A DNA stretch of 64,000 nucleotides. Origin: an uncultured Solirubrobacteraceae bacterium. GTDB lineage: Bacteria > Actinomycetota > Thermoleophilia > Solirubrobacterales > Solirubrobacteraceae. The stretch spans positions 108,171 to 172,170 of the forward strand of contig CAWIEW010000017.1 in assembly GCA_963835285.1 (NCBI GenBank), read 5' to 3'. The notes beneath the pieces were generated by a model that saw only the letters and a program-made list of their open reading frames with translations, was not told the DNA's origin and searched no databases. Numbering within the stretch: position 1 is the first letter of the stretch; every line of letters begins with the position of its first letter. The position numbers and the translations under genes are program-made. Of the stretch, positions 45,920-55,424 are shown one piece after another.

Positions 45920-46212
45920 GGACCTGGGTCGATCAGGTTCACGATCAGCCGGCCGACGATCTGCAGCGCGAGGATCGCGACGATCGGCGACAGGTCGAGC
46001 GGCCCGATCCGCAGCGGCAGCCGGCGGAAGATGCGCAGGTAGGGCTCGGTGACGTCGCGCAGGAAGTCCAGCACGGCGTTCACGGGCCGCGAGTAGGGCA
46101 CCCGGGCGCCGAGCGAGAAGACGAACGACACGACGATCCACGCGATGATGAGGATCACGTAGACCGTGATCAGGGCGCCGAGGAAGTCGGCGATCTGCTC
46201 GCGTGCCTGCAC
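45916..46212 (-). CDS. YggT-family membrane protein
   Basis: 98 aa, two TM segments, ...LDFLRDVTEPYLRIFRR...GPLDLSPIVA... YggT signature. Confidence 0.8.
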   Translation of the reverse strand: MQAREQIADFLGALITVYVILIIAWIVVSFVFSLGARVPYSRPVNAVLDFLRDVTEPYLRIFRRLPLRIGPLDLSPIVAILALQIVGRLIVNLIDPGP

Positions 46213-46214
46213 GT

Positions 46215-46966
46215 TCAGCCGCCGACCACGTCATCCATCGCGTCGTTGAACGCGGCGCGGATGCCGCCGCGCTCGAGCGCCGCCAACCCGCGCGCCGTCG
46301 TCCCGCCCGGGGACGCCACCTCGCGGCGCATCGCGAGCGTGTCGCCGCCGCGGGCGCGCAGCAGCTCGGCCGAGCCGGCCATCGTCTCCGTGATCAGGTC
46401 GAGCGCGAGCGCGGCGGGCATCCCGCGCCGCACCGCGGCGTCCACCTGCGCCTCCACCAGCAGCGCCCAATATGCGGGCCCGACGCCGGACAGCCCGCCG
46501 GCGACCGACATCAGCCGCTCGGGCACCTCGACGACCTTCCCGAGGCGCCCGAAGAGCTCCTTCACCTGCGCGTACAGGTCGCCGTCCGCCTGCACCTCGG
46601 GCGCGGCGAAGGCCAGCACGCCGCGCGAGACCTCGACCGGGGTGTTCGGCTCGACGCGGAACACCGGCACGCCGGGATAGGCGCTGCGCACGTCGGCCTG
46701 CGTCGTGCGCGCCAGCAGCGACACGACCGCCTTCGCGGCGCCCGCCGCCTCCCACGCCACCTCGGCGAGCTGGGCCGGCTTGTGGGCGAGGATCACCAGA
46801 TCGGCGCGCTCGGCCAGCTCGTTGTTGGTCTTGACCGCCTCGCCGCCGAGCTCGGCCGCCAGCGCGGCCGCGCGCCCGAGCCGGAGTCGGTGCACAGCAC
46901 GGGATCGCCCCACCCGCGGGCGAGGGCACGCGCCATGTTCCCGGCGCCGATGAAGCCGACCTGCAT
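46215..46966 (-). pseudogene. proC: pyrroline-5-carboxylate reductase, with an apparent 1-nt deletion near 46875
   Basis: N-terminal MQVGFIGAGNMARALARGW (ATG at 46966) is in a different frame from the rest, ...AAALAAELGGEAV...SPGGTTA... (ORF 46215..46913). Confidence 0.85.
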
Positions 46967-46983
46967 GGCGGCCGGACGTGATC

Positions 46984-47527
46984 TCAGGACTGGTTGAAGA
47001 AGCCCTTCTCGATCAGCGCGCGCGCGCTCCTCCGCGGAGACCTCGCACGTTGCGCGGGGTGAGCAGGAACACCTTGTCGGCGATCTGCTGCATGCCGCCG
47101 TCGAGCGCGTAGGTGAGGCCGGAGGCGAAGTCGATCAGGCGCTTGGACAGGTCGCGCTCGATCCCCTGGAGGTTGATGATCACCGGGATCGAGTCCTTGA
47201 ACTTGTCCGCCACGTCCTGGGCGTCGTTGAACGACTTCGGGATCACGAGGTGGACGCGGACGTCGTTGCGGCGTCCGTTGCCGGGCGGGGCCACCGACCG
47301 CAGCGTCGCCGTGCGGCGCTCGCTCGGCGTCTCGTCGGCGAAGATGTCGTCGATCTCGTCGCGCCGGCGGCGCGACGAGAGGCGGCGCACGTTCGGCCGC
47401 TCGCGGTAGCGGTTCTCGAGCTCTTCCTCGGGCTCGCGGACTCGACGGGCTCCTCGTCGTACGGGTCGCGGTCCTCGGCGAGGCCGAAGTAGACGAGGAC
47501 GTTGTGCCAGGTGTCGCGGAAGGCCAT
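46984..47527 (-). pseudogene. sepF: cell division protein SepF, with two frame breaks (near 47437 and 47055)
   Basis: MAFRDTWHNVLVYFGLAEDRD (frame 1). The core ...VHLVIPKSFNDAQDVADKFKDSIPVIINLQG...LIDFASGLTYAL... is in frame 2. The C-terminus EVSAEERARALIEKGFFNQS* is in frame 3. Confidence 0.85.
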
Positions 47528-47579
47528 GGCGGGGTGGGGTTCGCGCTCGGAGCGCGGTTTCCCTGCATAACCGCCGAGT

Positions 47580-48214
47580 CTACGCGTAGAGGACGGTGCC
47601 CAAGCGTACGATCGTCGCGCCCTCCTCGGCCGCGACGCGATAGTCCTGCGACGTGCCCATCGAGAGCTGGCGCAGGCCGTGCTGCGCCGGCGAGCTCGCG
47701 CAAGCGCGGCGAAATGCGGCCGGCTCGTCCTCGGGATCGTCGGTGAACGGCGGCATCGTCATCAGCCCGACGACCGGGACGGGAGAGCGGGCGATGAAGG
47801 CGCGCAGCTCGGCCGGGGCGATGCCCGCCTTGCTCCTCCTCCCCCGCGACGTTGACCTCGACGAGGATCTCGGTCTCCGGCGTGCCGTGCCTCTCGAGCT
47901 GGCGCAGCGCCGAGTCGGACGCCACCGAGTGGATCAGCTCGACGTACGGGAGGATCTGCTTGACCTTGCGGCTCTGGAGCTGGCCGATGAAGTGCCAGCG
48001 GAACTCCGGGTGGGCGGTCGCCTTCGCCTCGAGGTCCTGCGCGCGGTTCTCGCCGAGCAGCGTGATCCCGGCCTCGGCGAGCGTCGCCGAGCTCCTCCAG
48101 CGGCACGTACTTGACCGCGGCGAGGATCTCGACGCCGTCGGGCAGCTCGCCGCGGATCCGCTCGAGGTTGGCGCGGATGCGGGCGGCGTCGAGGCCGGTG
48201 ATCAGACTCGCCAC
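47580..48214 (-). pseudogene. YggS-family PLP-binding protein, at least two frame breaks (near 48085 and 47827)
   Basis: N-terminal ...EILAAVKYVPLEEL; middle LAEAGITLLGENRAQDL...HFIGQLQSRKV...EILVEVNVAGEE; C-terminal ...LSMGTSQDYRVAAEEGATIVRLGTVLY. The three parts lie in three different frames. Confidence 0.8.
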
Positions 48215-48942
48215 ACGAGCCCCGCTTGGCGGCCGGTGACCCCGCCGTCGCGGCGGTGGGAGAAGAACAGGCCGAACCAGCACATGGTGCACAGCCCGAC
48301 GTCGTGGATCTCGGAGACGCCGGCGGCGGCGAGCTGAGCGGCCGCAATCGCCGCGAGGTCGAGGTAGCGGTCACCCCGCCGCGCGTCGTAGCGCGCGAAC
48401 ACCTCGTGCACCTCCTCGCCGACCTCGTAGCAGCAGGCGCGGGCACCTGGGCCGATCAGCGCGGTCACCGGGCCGTCGCCGCCGACGTCGCGCAACGCGG
48501 CGATGCCCTCGGCGATCATACCCGCCGCCATCGTGCGCCAGCCGCAGTGCAGCGCCGCCACGGCGCCGCCGGTCACGAGCAGCACCGGCTGGCAGTCGGC
48601 GCCGAACACCAGCGCCGGATGGCCGCCCAGGGCCGTCGCCTGGCCGTCCTCCTGTGTGACCTGCGAGCGGGTCTCGGTGGCGCGGCGCACCGTTGCACCG
48701 TGCACCTGCCAGCCGAACTGGAAGCGCTCCCAGTCGCACCCCGCGGCGGCGGCAACGCGGGAGCGGTTCTCCTCCACGTTCGTGCGCTCGTCGGCGGTCT
48801 TGATGCCGAGATTGAGCGAGTCGAACGGCCCACCCGACACGCCGCCGCGACGCGTCGTGAACAGCGCGCGGGCGCCCTTCACCTCCGCGGCGATGTGGTC
48901 GCCCTCCCAGCGGAACGGCGTGGCGAGCTCGGGGAGCATCAC
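48202..48942 (-). CDS. pgeF: peptidoglycan editing factor / polyphenol-oxidase-like YfiH family
   Basis: ...TTRRGGVSGGPFDSLNLG..., ...QVHG..., ...GADCQPVL..., ...HCGWRT...; 246 aa. Confidence 0.85.
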   Translation of the reverse strand: MMLPELATPFRWEGDHIAAEVKGARALFTTRRGGVSGGPFDSLNLGIKTADERTNVEENRSRVAAAAGCDWERFQFGWQVHGATVRRATETRSQVTQEDGQATALGGHPALVFGADCQPVLLVTGGAVAALHCGWRTMAAGMIAEGIAALRDVGGDGPVTALIGPGARACCYEVGEEVHEVFARYDARRGDRYLDLAAIAAAQLAAAGVSEIHDVGLCTMCWFGLFFSHRRDGGVTGRQAGLVWRV

Positions 48943-50170
48943 GGGTCAATGCTACGGCCGAGCCCGGCCGCCAGCTGCTCGTCGCGGCTGCCGGCACGGC
49001 CCTCGAGCATCGCGACAGTCGCCGCCTCCAGTGCCTCGCCGACGGCACGGCCGTACGAGGCCGGCGGCGACGAGATCGTTGCCGTCGATGGCCAGGCGGC
49101 GGTGGCGAACGTCGTCGAGCCAGCGCCGCGCAGCCGCAAAGGCCGCGTCGCCGTCGAAGGCTCCCGCCACGGCCACGGTCTCCGCCGGCTGGTTGCGCAG
49201 CGCCGACCAGAGACCGACGTCGGGGACCGGAGCGTCGTCGATCAGCACGTCGGTCAGGTCGCCGGCGCTGGCGGCGGTGTGCGCGACGACATCGCGCTCA
49301 GCGGCCGGGAACGCGAGCTCGTCGAGTCGCGCGGCGAGCTCGCGACGGTCGCCCCACAGGCACGACGCGAACGCGGCGAGATCGGCGCGGGCGTCTCGCG
49401 GGCAGAGGGCGAGCGTGCGCTCGACGACGTCGGGCTGCACGCGAAAGCCGCCCGGTGTGCCCCAGGACAGCGGTCCGATCACCGCAGACCCGAGGCCGTG
49501 GCGCTCCAGCTCCAGCAGCGCCGCGGGTTGCGGCTCGCGCAGCAGCAGGCGCAGCTCGGCGCCCAGGCGTGAGCCGGTGACCGTGACGACGGCGCCTTCC
49601 GCGACCGCTTCCGCCGCCAGCTGATCGGTGCGCGGCTCCGCGGAGAACGACAGGCGGGCGGCGTAGCGGGCGAGGCGCAGCAGCCGCGTCGGATCGTCGC
49701 GGAACGAGCCGGTCGTGGAGCACGCGCAGCGCGCCCGCCGCGAGGTCCTCCCGCGCGCCTGCGTAGTAGGTCAGCTCGCCGTCCGCGAGGTGCAGGGCGA
49801 TCGCGTTGACGGTGAAGTCGCGGCGCGCGAGGTCCTCCGCCAGCGAGGCGCCGAGCTCGACGTCGGGCAGCGCCCCGGGCCGCTCGTAGCGCTCACGGCG
49901 GGCTCCCGCGAGGTCGAACGTGGCCCCCGGAGCCTCCACCGTGGCCGTCCCGAACCGCTCGTGCGCGGTCACGGTGCCGCCCAGCCGTTCCGCCGCGCGG
50001 CGCGCCACGGCCACCGCGTCGCCCTCGACCACGAAGTCGAGCTCGTGCGGCGTACGGCCGAGCAGGACGTCGCGCACGGCGCCGCCGACCACGTAGACCG
50101 CCTCCTCGCCCTCGAGCGCGGCGACGGCGGCAGACCGGCCGAGACGTTCACGGACATTCACGAGCGGCAT
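48939..50170 (-). pseudogene. CCA-adding enzyme / poly(A) polymerase-family nucleotidyltransferase, with two frame breaks (near 49710 and 49056)
   Basis: YVVGGAVRDVLLGR...DFVV...RRDFTVNA head domain, then ...SFRDDPTRLLRLARYAARL... in a second frame and ...GRAVGEALEAATVAMLEG... in a third. Confidence 0.75.
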
Positions 50171-50197
50171 CTTGGCGCGTGGCTAACCTCATATGGG

Positions 50198-51676
50198 ATG
50201 TCGTCGGAGCCGAAACGCTGGTACCGGCGGCGGATCGTCATCGTCCTCGGAGCCATCGCGGCCGTGTTGATCGGCGCCGCCGCGGTCTTTGCCCTCACCC
50301 GTCCGGGTGACGTCTTCAACAAGGACGTGGAGTTCCGCGCCGAGCCCGAGCAGACCTCCGTGCCCCGGGCGGAGGCACCGAAGAAGAAGGGCAAGAAGGG
50401 CAAGAAGGTCGACCCCCTCTCGGGCTTCGAGTGGGCCCAGTACGGCTACTCGCGCGACCGCCGGCGCTACCTGCCGACCAAGCCCGACGTGGCGCCCCCG
50501 TTCAGGCGCCGCTGGAGCTGGGACGCCAACGTCCTGCTCGAGTTCCCGCCGATCATCGTCGGCCAGCGCCTGTTCGTCACCCGCAACGACGGCCAGGTCG
50601 TCAAGCTCGACAAGAACACCGGCAAGGTCCACTGGCGCCGCGACATGGGCTATCTCGCCGCTTCGTCGCCCGCGTACGGCGACAAGAAGATCGTCGTCAC
50701 GGTGCTCGAGCGCACCAAGGGCGGCCCCGGCAAGGTCGCCGCGATCTGGGCCAGGAGCGGCAAGGTCTCCTGGTCGCGCGCGCTGCCGAGCCGGTCGGAG
50801 TCGTCCCCGATGGTCGTCGACCACCACGTCTACTTCGGGACCGAGAACGGGACCGTCTACTCGATGCGCGTGGACAACGGCGCGATCCAGTGGCAGTTCC
50901 ACGCGGGCGGCGCGGTCAAGGGCGGCCTCGCGCTGTCCGACGGCAAGCTCTACTTCGGCACCTACGGGGGCCAGGTCTACGCGATCTCCCAGAAGACCGG
51001 CAAGCAGGTCTGGCACACCGGCACGAGCGGCGCCCATTTCGGCCTGTCTGCAGGGAATTTCTACGCGACGCCGGCGGTCGCGTTCGGACGCGTCTACATC
51101 GGCAACACCGACGGCAACATGTACTCGTTCTCGGCCGCGTCGGGCAAGCTCGCCTGGCGCCGCGGGACGGGGTCGTACGTGTACGCCTCGGCGGCGGTCG
51201 CGCAGGTGCCCAACGGCCAGCCGACGGTCTACTTCGGCAGCTACGACGGCACGTTCTACGCGCTCGACGCCCGCACCGGCCGCACGCGCTGGAGCTACCG
51301 CGACGGCGGCAAGATCTCCGGCGCCGCGACCGTCGTCGGCTCGATCGTCTACTACTCGAACTGGGGCAAGCGCGACACGACCGGCCTTGGCGCGGTCACC
51401 GGGCGCAAGATCTGGAACAACGCGCGCGGCGCGTTCAACCCGGTCATCTCCGACGGGCAGGACATCTACCTCACCGGCTTCTCCTCGGTGGCGCGATTCG
51501 AGCCGCTGACCGTCGCTCAGGAGCGCGCGCGGGCGAAGCGGATCGCCAAGCAGAAGGCGCTGGCGAAGAAGCGCGCGATCGCCAAGAAGAAGAAGCAGGC
51601 CGCGGCCAAGAAGAAACAGGCGGCGAAGAAGAAGGCCGCGAAGAAGAAGAAGCAGCAGAAGAAGAAGGGCGGCTGA
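50198..51676 (+). CDS. membrane-anchored PQQ-like beta-propeller repeat protein with a Lys-rich C-terminal tail
   Basis: KRWYRRR plus a TM helix; repeated ...G.VYA.d..tGk..W... blades; last ~50 aa AKRIAKQKALAKKRAIAKKKKQAAAKKKQAAKKKAAKKKKQQKKKGG. Confidence 0.8.
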   Translation: MSSEPKRWYRRRIVIVLGAIAAVLIGAAAVFALTRPGDVFNKDVEFRAEPEQTSVPRAEAPKKKGKKGKKVDPLSGFEWAQYGYSRDRRRYLPTKPDVAPPFRRRWSWDANVLLEFPPIIVGQRLFVTRNDGQVVKLDKNTGKVHWRRDMGYLAASSPAYGDKKIVVTVLERTKGGPGKVAAIWARSGKVSWSRALPSRSESSPMVVDHHVYFGTENGTVYSMRVDNGAIQWQFHAGGAVKGGLALSDGKLYFGTYGGQVYAISQKTGKQVWHTGTSGAHFGLSAGNFYATPAVAFGRVYIGNTDGNMYSFSAASGKLAWRRGTGSYVYASAAVAQVPNGQPTVYFGSYDGTFYALDARTGRTRWSYRDGGKISGAATVVGSIVYYSNWGKRDTTGLGAVTGRKIWNNARGAFNPVISDGQDIYLTGFSSVARFEPLTVAQERARAKRIAKQKALAKKRAIAKKKKQAAAKKKQAAKKKAAKKKKQQKKKGG

Positions 51677-51697
51677 GCGCCCCGCAGGGGCCGGCGA

Positions 51698-51777
51698 TTA
51701 CCCCGGCTGGGTAGGGCGGCTGGGAGCCGGCCGCGGGGCGAGCATTGGCGAGTTGGTAACGCATAGCGTTACCAACT
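51698..51777. repeat. GTAG-box element, copy C: TTACCCCGGCTGGGTAGGGCGGC plus a 12-bp-stem hairpin
   Basis: Box at 51698-51720; hairpin agttggtaacgc-ata-gcgttaccaact (51751-51777); between the convergent beta-propeller and CBS genes. Confidence 0.6.
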
Positions 51778-51804
51778 GGACACTCGACGCCGAGCCGGCG
51801 CGAG

Positions 51805-52212
51805 CTAGGCGCTACGCCGGCCGGCGCCACCCGGGCGCCAGACCTGGATCAGGTCCCGCATCGAGATGATCCCGGCGAGCTCGCCGTCCTCGACGACGAC
51901 GAGGTGGCGGAACCCTCCTCTCGCCATCGCGTCAGCGGCGTCTTCGAGGTTCCAGTCCGCGTCCGCGAACGTCGCGTTGGCGGTCAGGTGATCGCGCACC
52001 AGCTCGCTGTCCGGGTCCTCCCCAGCGCCGAGCGAGCGCACCACGTCCCGCTCGGTGACGATCCCGGGACCCGGCTCCTCGGGATCGATGATCACGACAG
52101 CCCCGACGTTGTGCTCGGTCATGAAGCGCGCCGCCTCGCGCAGTGAGCGACCCGGCGTGATCGTGAGCACGTGCTCGGTCATTGCGTCTCGCACGTTCAT
52201 CGTGCCGAACAT
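51805..52212 (-). CDS. CBS-domain pair protein
   Basis: Two CBS repeats (...VGAVVIID..., ...RHLVVVEDGELAGIISMRD...); 135 aa. Confidence 0.8.
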   Translation of the reverse strand: MFGTMNVRDAMTEHVLTITPGRSLREAARFMTEHNVGAVVIIDPEEPGPGIVTERDVVRSLGAGEDPDSELVRDHLTANATFADADWNLEDAADAMARGGFRHLVVVEDGELAGIISMRDLIQVWRPGGAGRRSA

Positions 52213-52266
52213 TACAAACTCGTGTCGCGAGCCGTAAGTTCGGGCGCAGACCCCCGGTCCGGGACA

Positions 52267-53019
52267 CTACGGTCGCATCGCGACGCCGGCTGCGCGCAGC
52301 GCCTCGCGGATCTCCGGGATCGTGTACTCGCCGTAGTGGAAGATCGACGCCGCGAGCGCCGCGTCGGCCCCCGCCGCGAAGCCGGCCACCATGTGCTCGG
52401 GGCCGCCGACGCCGCCGGAGGCGATCACAGGCACCTCCACGGCCTGCGAGATGGCGCGCACGAGGTCGAGGTCGTAGCCGTCCTTGGTGCCGTCGCGGTC
52501 CATCGAGGTGAGCAGGATCTCCCCCGCCCCGCGCTCGACGCCCTCGCGCGCCCAGGCCACGGCGTCGCGCCCGGTTGCGGTCCGGCCGCCGGCGACGTAG
52601 ACCTCGAAGCCGGTGTCGCGGCGCTTGGCGTCGATCGCCAGGACCACGCACTGGGCGCCGAACACGTCCGCCATCTCGCCGATCAGCTCCGGCCGCGCCA
52701 CCGCCGCCGAGTTGACCGACACCTTGTCGGCCCCGGCGTCGAGCACCGCCTGGGCGTCGGCCACCTCGCGCACGCCGCCGCCGATCGTGAACGGGACGAA
52801 CACCTCGTCGGCGGCGCGGCGCGCCAGCTCGACGACCGTGGCCCGCTTGTCCGAGGTCGCCGTGATGTCGAGGAACACCAGCTCGTCGGCCCCGGTGGCG
52901 TCGTAGTGGGCGGCGAGCTCGACCGGGTCGCCGGCGTCGCGGATGTCGATGAACCGCGTGCCCTTGACCACGCGGCCGCCGTCGACGTCCATGCACGGGA
53001 TGATCCGTTTGTAGTGCAC
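52267..53019 (-). CDS. hisF: imidazole glycerol phosphate synthase, cyclase subunit
   Basis: KRIIPCMDV...VKG..., ...[11 protein letters not shown]..., ...[15 protein letters not shown]... Confidence 0.95.
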   Translation of the reverse strand: MHYKRIIPCMDVDGGRVVKGTRFIDIRDAGDPVELAAHYDATGADELVFLDITATSDKRATVVELARRAADEVFVPFTIGGGVREVADAQAVLDAGADKVSVNSAAVARPELIGEMADVFGAQCVVLAIDAKRRDTGFEVYVAGGRTATGRDAVAWAREGVERGAGEILLTSMDRDGTKDGYDLDLVRAISQAVEVPVIASGGVGGPEHMVAGFAAGADAALAASIFHYGEYTIPEIREALRAAGVAMRP

Positions 53020-53073
53020 CGGCGGCCAAGTCTAGGTAGCGCCGGGGCCACAAATAGGTAGCCGCCTACCGAT

Positions 53074-53606
53074 GTGCGCACCGGCCGAGGCCGAGACAGT
53101 CGCACGGTCATGTCCGTGCTCGATCCGCATGCCGCCGCCGCGCATCGCCCCCGCCTGAACCGACTCGCGTACTCGCTCTGCGGTTCGGTGCAGCTCGCCG
53201 ACGACCTCACGCAGGAGACCTACCTGCGTGTCCTGTCGCGCCCCCGGCGGCTGCGCGGCGGCCGCGAGTTCCCCTACCTCGCGCGCACGCTGCGCAACGT
53301 CCTGCACGATCACCGCCGCGCGCAGCAGCGCCGGCCGGCGCTCGCCGGCGACGAGCAGATCGCCGACCAGCCCCATACCCGCTCCGATCCCGAGCTGGCC
53401 GCACGCGCCCGTGAGGTGTACGCGACGATCGGCAAGCTCCCCGAGCCGCTCCGCGACGTCGTCGCGGCGGTCGACTTCGCCGGCTTCAGCTACGCCGAGA
53501 CGGCCGCGGCGCTCGACATCCCCGTCGGGACCGTGATGAGCCGGCTCCACCGCGCGCGGGCCCGGATCGCGGACGCTCTCGCCACCGAAAGGACCCTCCC
53601 GAGTGA
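53074..53606 (+). CDS. ECF-type sigma-70 family factor; 3' end uncertain
   Basis: Region 2 ...ADDLTQETYLRVL...; region 4 ...LPEPLRDVVAAVDFAGFSYAETAAALDIPVGTVMSRLHRAR. The track ORF runs on to 53907 as Arg-rich overlap with the next gene. The likely true end is near the GTGA at 53603-53606. ATG at 53110 is an alternative start. Confidence 0.65.
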
Positions 53607-55374
53607 TCCGCTTCTTGCTCGCGGCGGTCGCCGTATTGGCTTTCGCCGCTCCCGCGGCGTCCGCGCACGACGCCGAGATCTTCGCCACGAACAACACGGC
53701 GACGATCACCGACCCTGCCGACCCGCGACTCGACAAGACCCTGGACGGCTTCGCCCGCCACGTCGAGGACATCATCCGCGACGGCGGCGCCCGCCCGCGC
53801 GGCTCCGAGCTGCTCGACGGCGTCTTCTGCTGCGAGGTGACGTTCGAGCGCTCCCGCCGCTTCGACGTCGACCGCGCCGGCGATGGCGAGGTGCACGACA
53901 TCGCTGAGACGATCCGGCGCCGCTTCCTGCAGGGCTCCGTGCTCACCTTCATCCCGCGCGCCGGCGGCGACGCGGTCGAGCTCGACGTCCCGAAGGTCAG
54001 CGCCAAGGCGCTGCGGAAGGGCCTGGTCGCCGACCCGGAGGCCCAGCAGCGGCTGTTCGGCGGCTCGGTGACCCAGGACCGGCATCTCCTGCTGGTCGCT
54101 GACGGCGCCGACGGCGACTTCGCCCGTGCGTTCGCCAAGAGGATCGGCGGCGACGTCAGGCACGCGACCGTCCGCAGCGGCGTGCGCGAGTTCGTGTCGG
54201 CCGCGACCGAGGGCCGCGCGCGGATCGAGCACCGGACGCTCGTCATCAGCGGCACCGCGGGCGACGACGTGATCGCCCTGCGGGACGGCCGCCGGCTCCA
54301 GATCGACTTCGGCGATGACGGCGTGGTCGACTTCGAGCCGTCCTTTCGCCGCTTCGACCGCATCCGCTTCGAGGGCGGCGACGGCTACGACACCGTCGTC
54401 AGCCACGGGAAGGAGGTCGAGCTCGACCCCGGCGCCTTCGACGGCATCGAGCGGATCGACCTCGACGACTCCGACCGCGTATCGGTCCACGACCTGTCGC
54501 AGACCGGTGTGCTCGAGGTCTACGTCAACCTCGGCGACGGCGTCGACGGCGTCAGCGTCGACGGCTCCGACGGCAGCGACAACATCCTGGTCGGCGGCTT
54601 CGGCGATCAGGTCTACGTGCTCGGCCCGACGTTCGTGCAGATCAACCACGCGAGCGCTTCGACCGCCTGCGCGTGAACGCCGGCGACGGCCGCGACGACA
54701 TCAGCGCGTCGACCGACCTGATGAGCCTGACGCTCGACGGCGGCGACGGCGACGGCACGCTGTTCGGCGGCCCGGGCGACGACGTCCTGATCGGCGGCGA
54801 CGGGTTCGACGACGTCACCGGCGGCAAGGGCAACGACCGCGTGTCCATGCGCGGCGACTTCGACCGCTTCACGTGGAAGCCGGGAGAGGGCACCGACAGC
54901 GTCGACGGCGGCGCGAGCCACGACTCGCTGTTCTTCCAGGGCATCAACAACACCGAGGTGTTCGACTTCTTCCGCGACCGGCACGACGTGCGCCTCGTCC
55001 ACGACCCCGGGGCCGAGGCGGTCGACCTGCACGGCGTCGAGGAGCTCGACGGGATCGCGTTCGGCGGCGAGGACCTGTTCGACGTCCGCAACCTGGCGGG
55101 GACCGGCGTTGACCTGATCGATCTCAGCCTCGCGCCGAGCTTCGGCACCGCCGACGGCGACAACCTCGCCGACCGCGTGGACGTCGACGCCAACGCGGCG
55201 GTCAAGGTCACGGGCCAGAAGGTGGTCAGCGGCGCGGTGACCATGACCGGGCTCCCGTACACGGTGAAGCTCTCGCACTCGGACGGCCCGCTCGACACGC
55301 TCGCGATCGACGGCGCGCCGAGCATCGACACCTCCGGCCTGCAGGCCGGGGTCATCGGGGTCCAGGGGGACTAG
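53603..55374 (+). pseudogene. secreted RTX-like calcium-binding repeat protein (~590 aa if joined), with an apparent 1-nt deletion near 54650
   Basis: Signal peptide MIRFLLAAVAVLAFAAPAASA; ORFs 53603..54676 and 54673..55374 join as ...VQINHA/ERFDRLRVNAGDGRDD...; four consecutive nonapeptides GGDGDGTLF GGPGDDVLI GGDGFDDVT GGKGNDRVS. Confidence 0.65.
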
Positions 55375-55424
55375 CTGGATGGTCGATTCTGTGGCCCGCG
55401 TTCGTGGGTAGCGGGATCGGCCAT

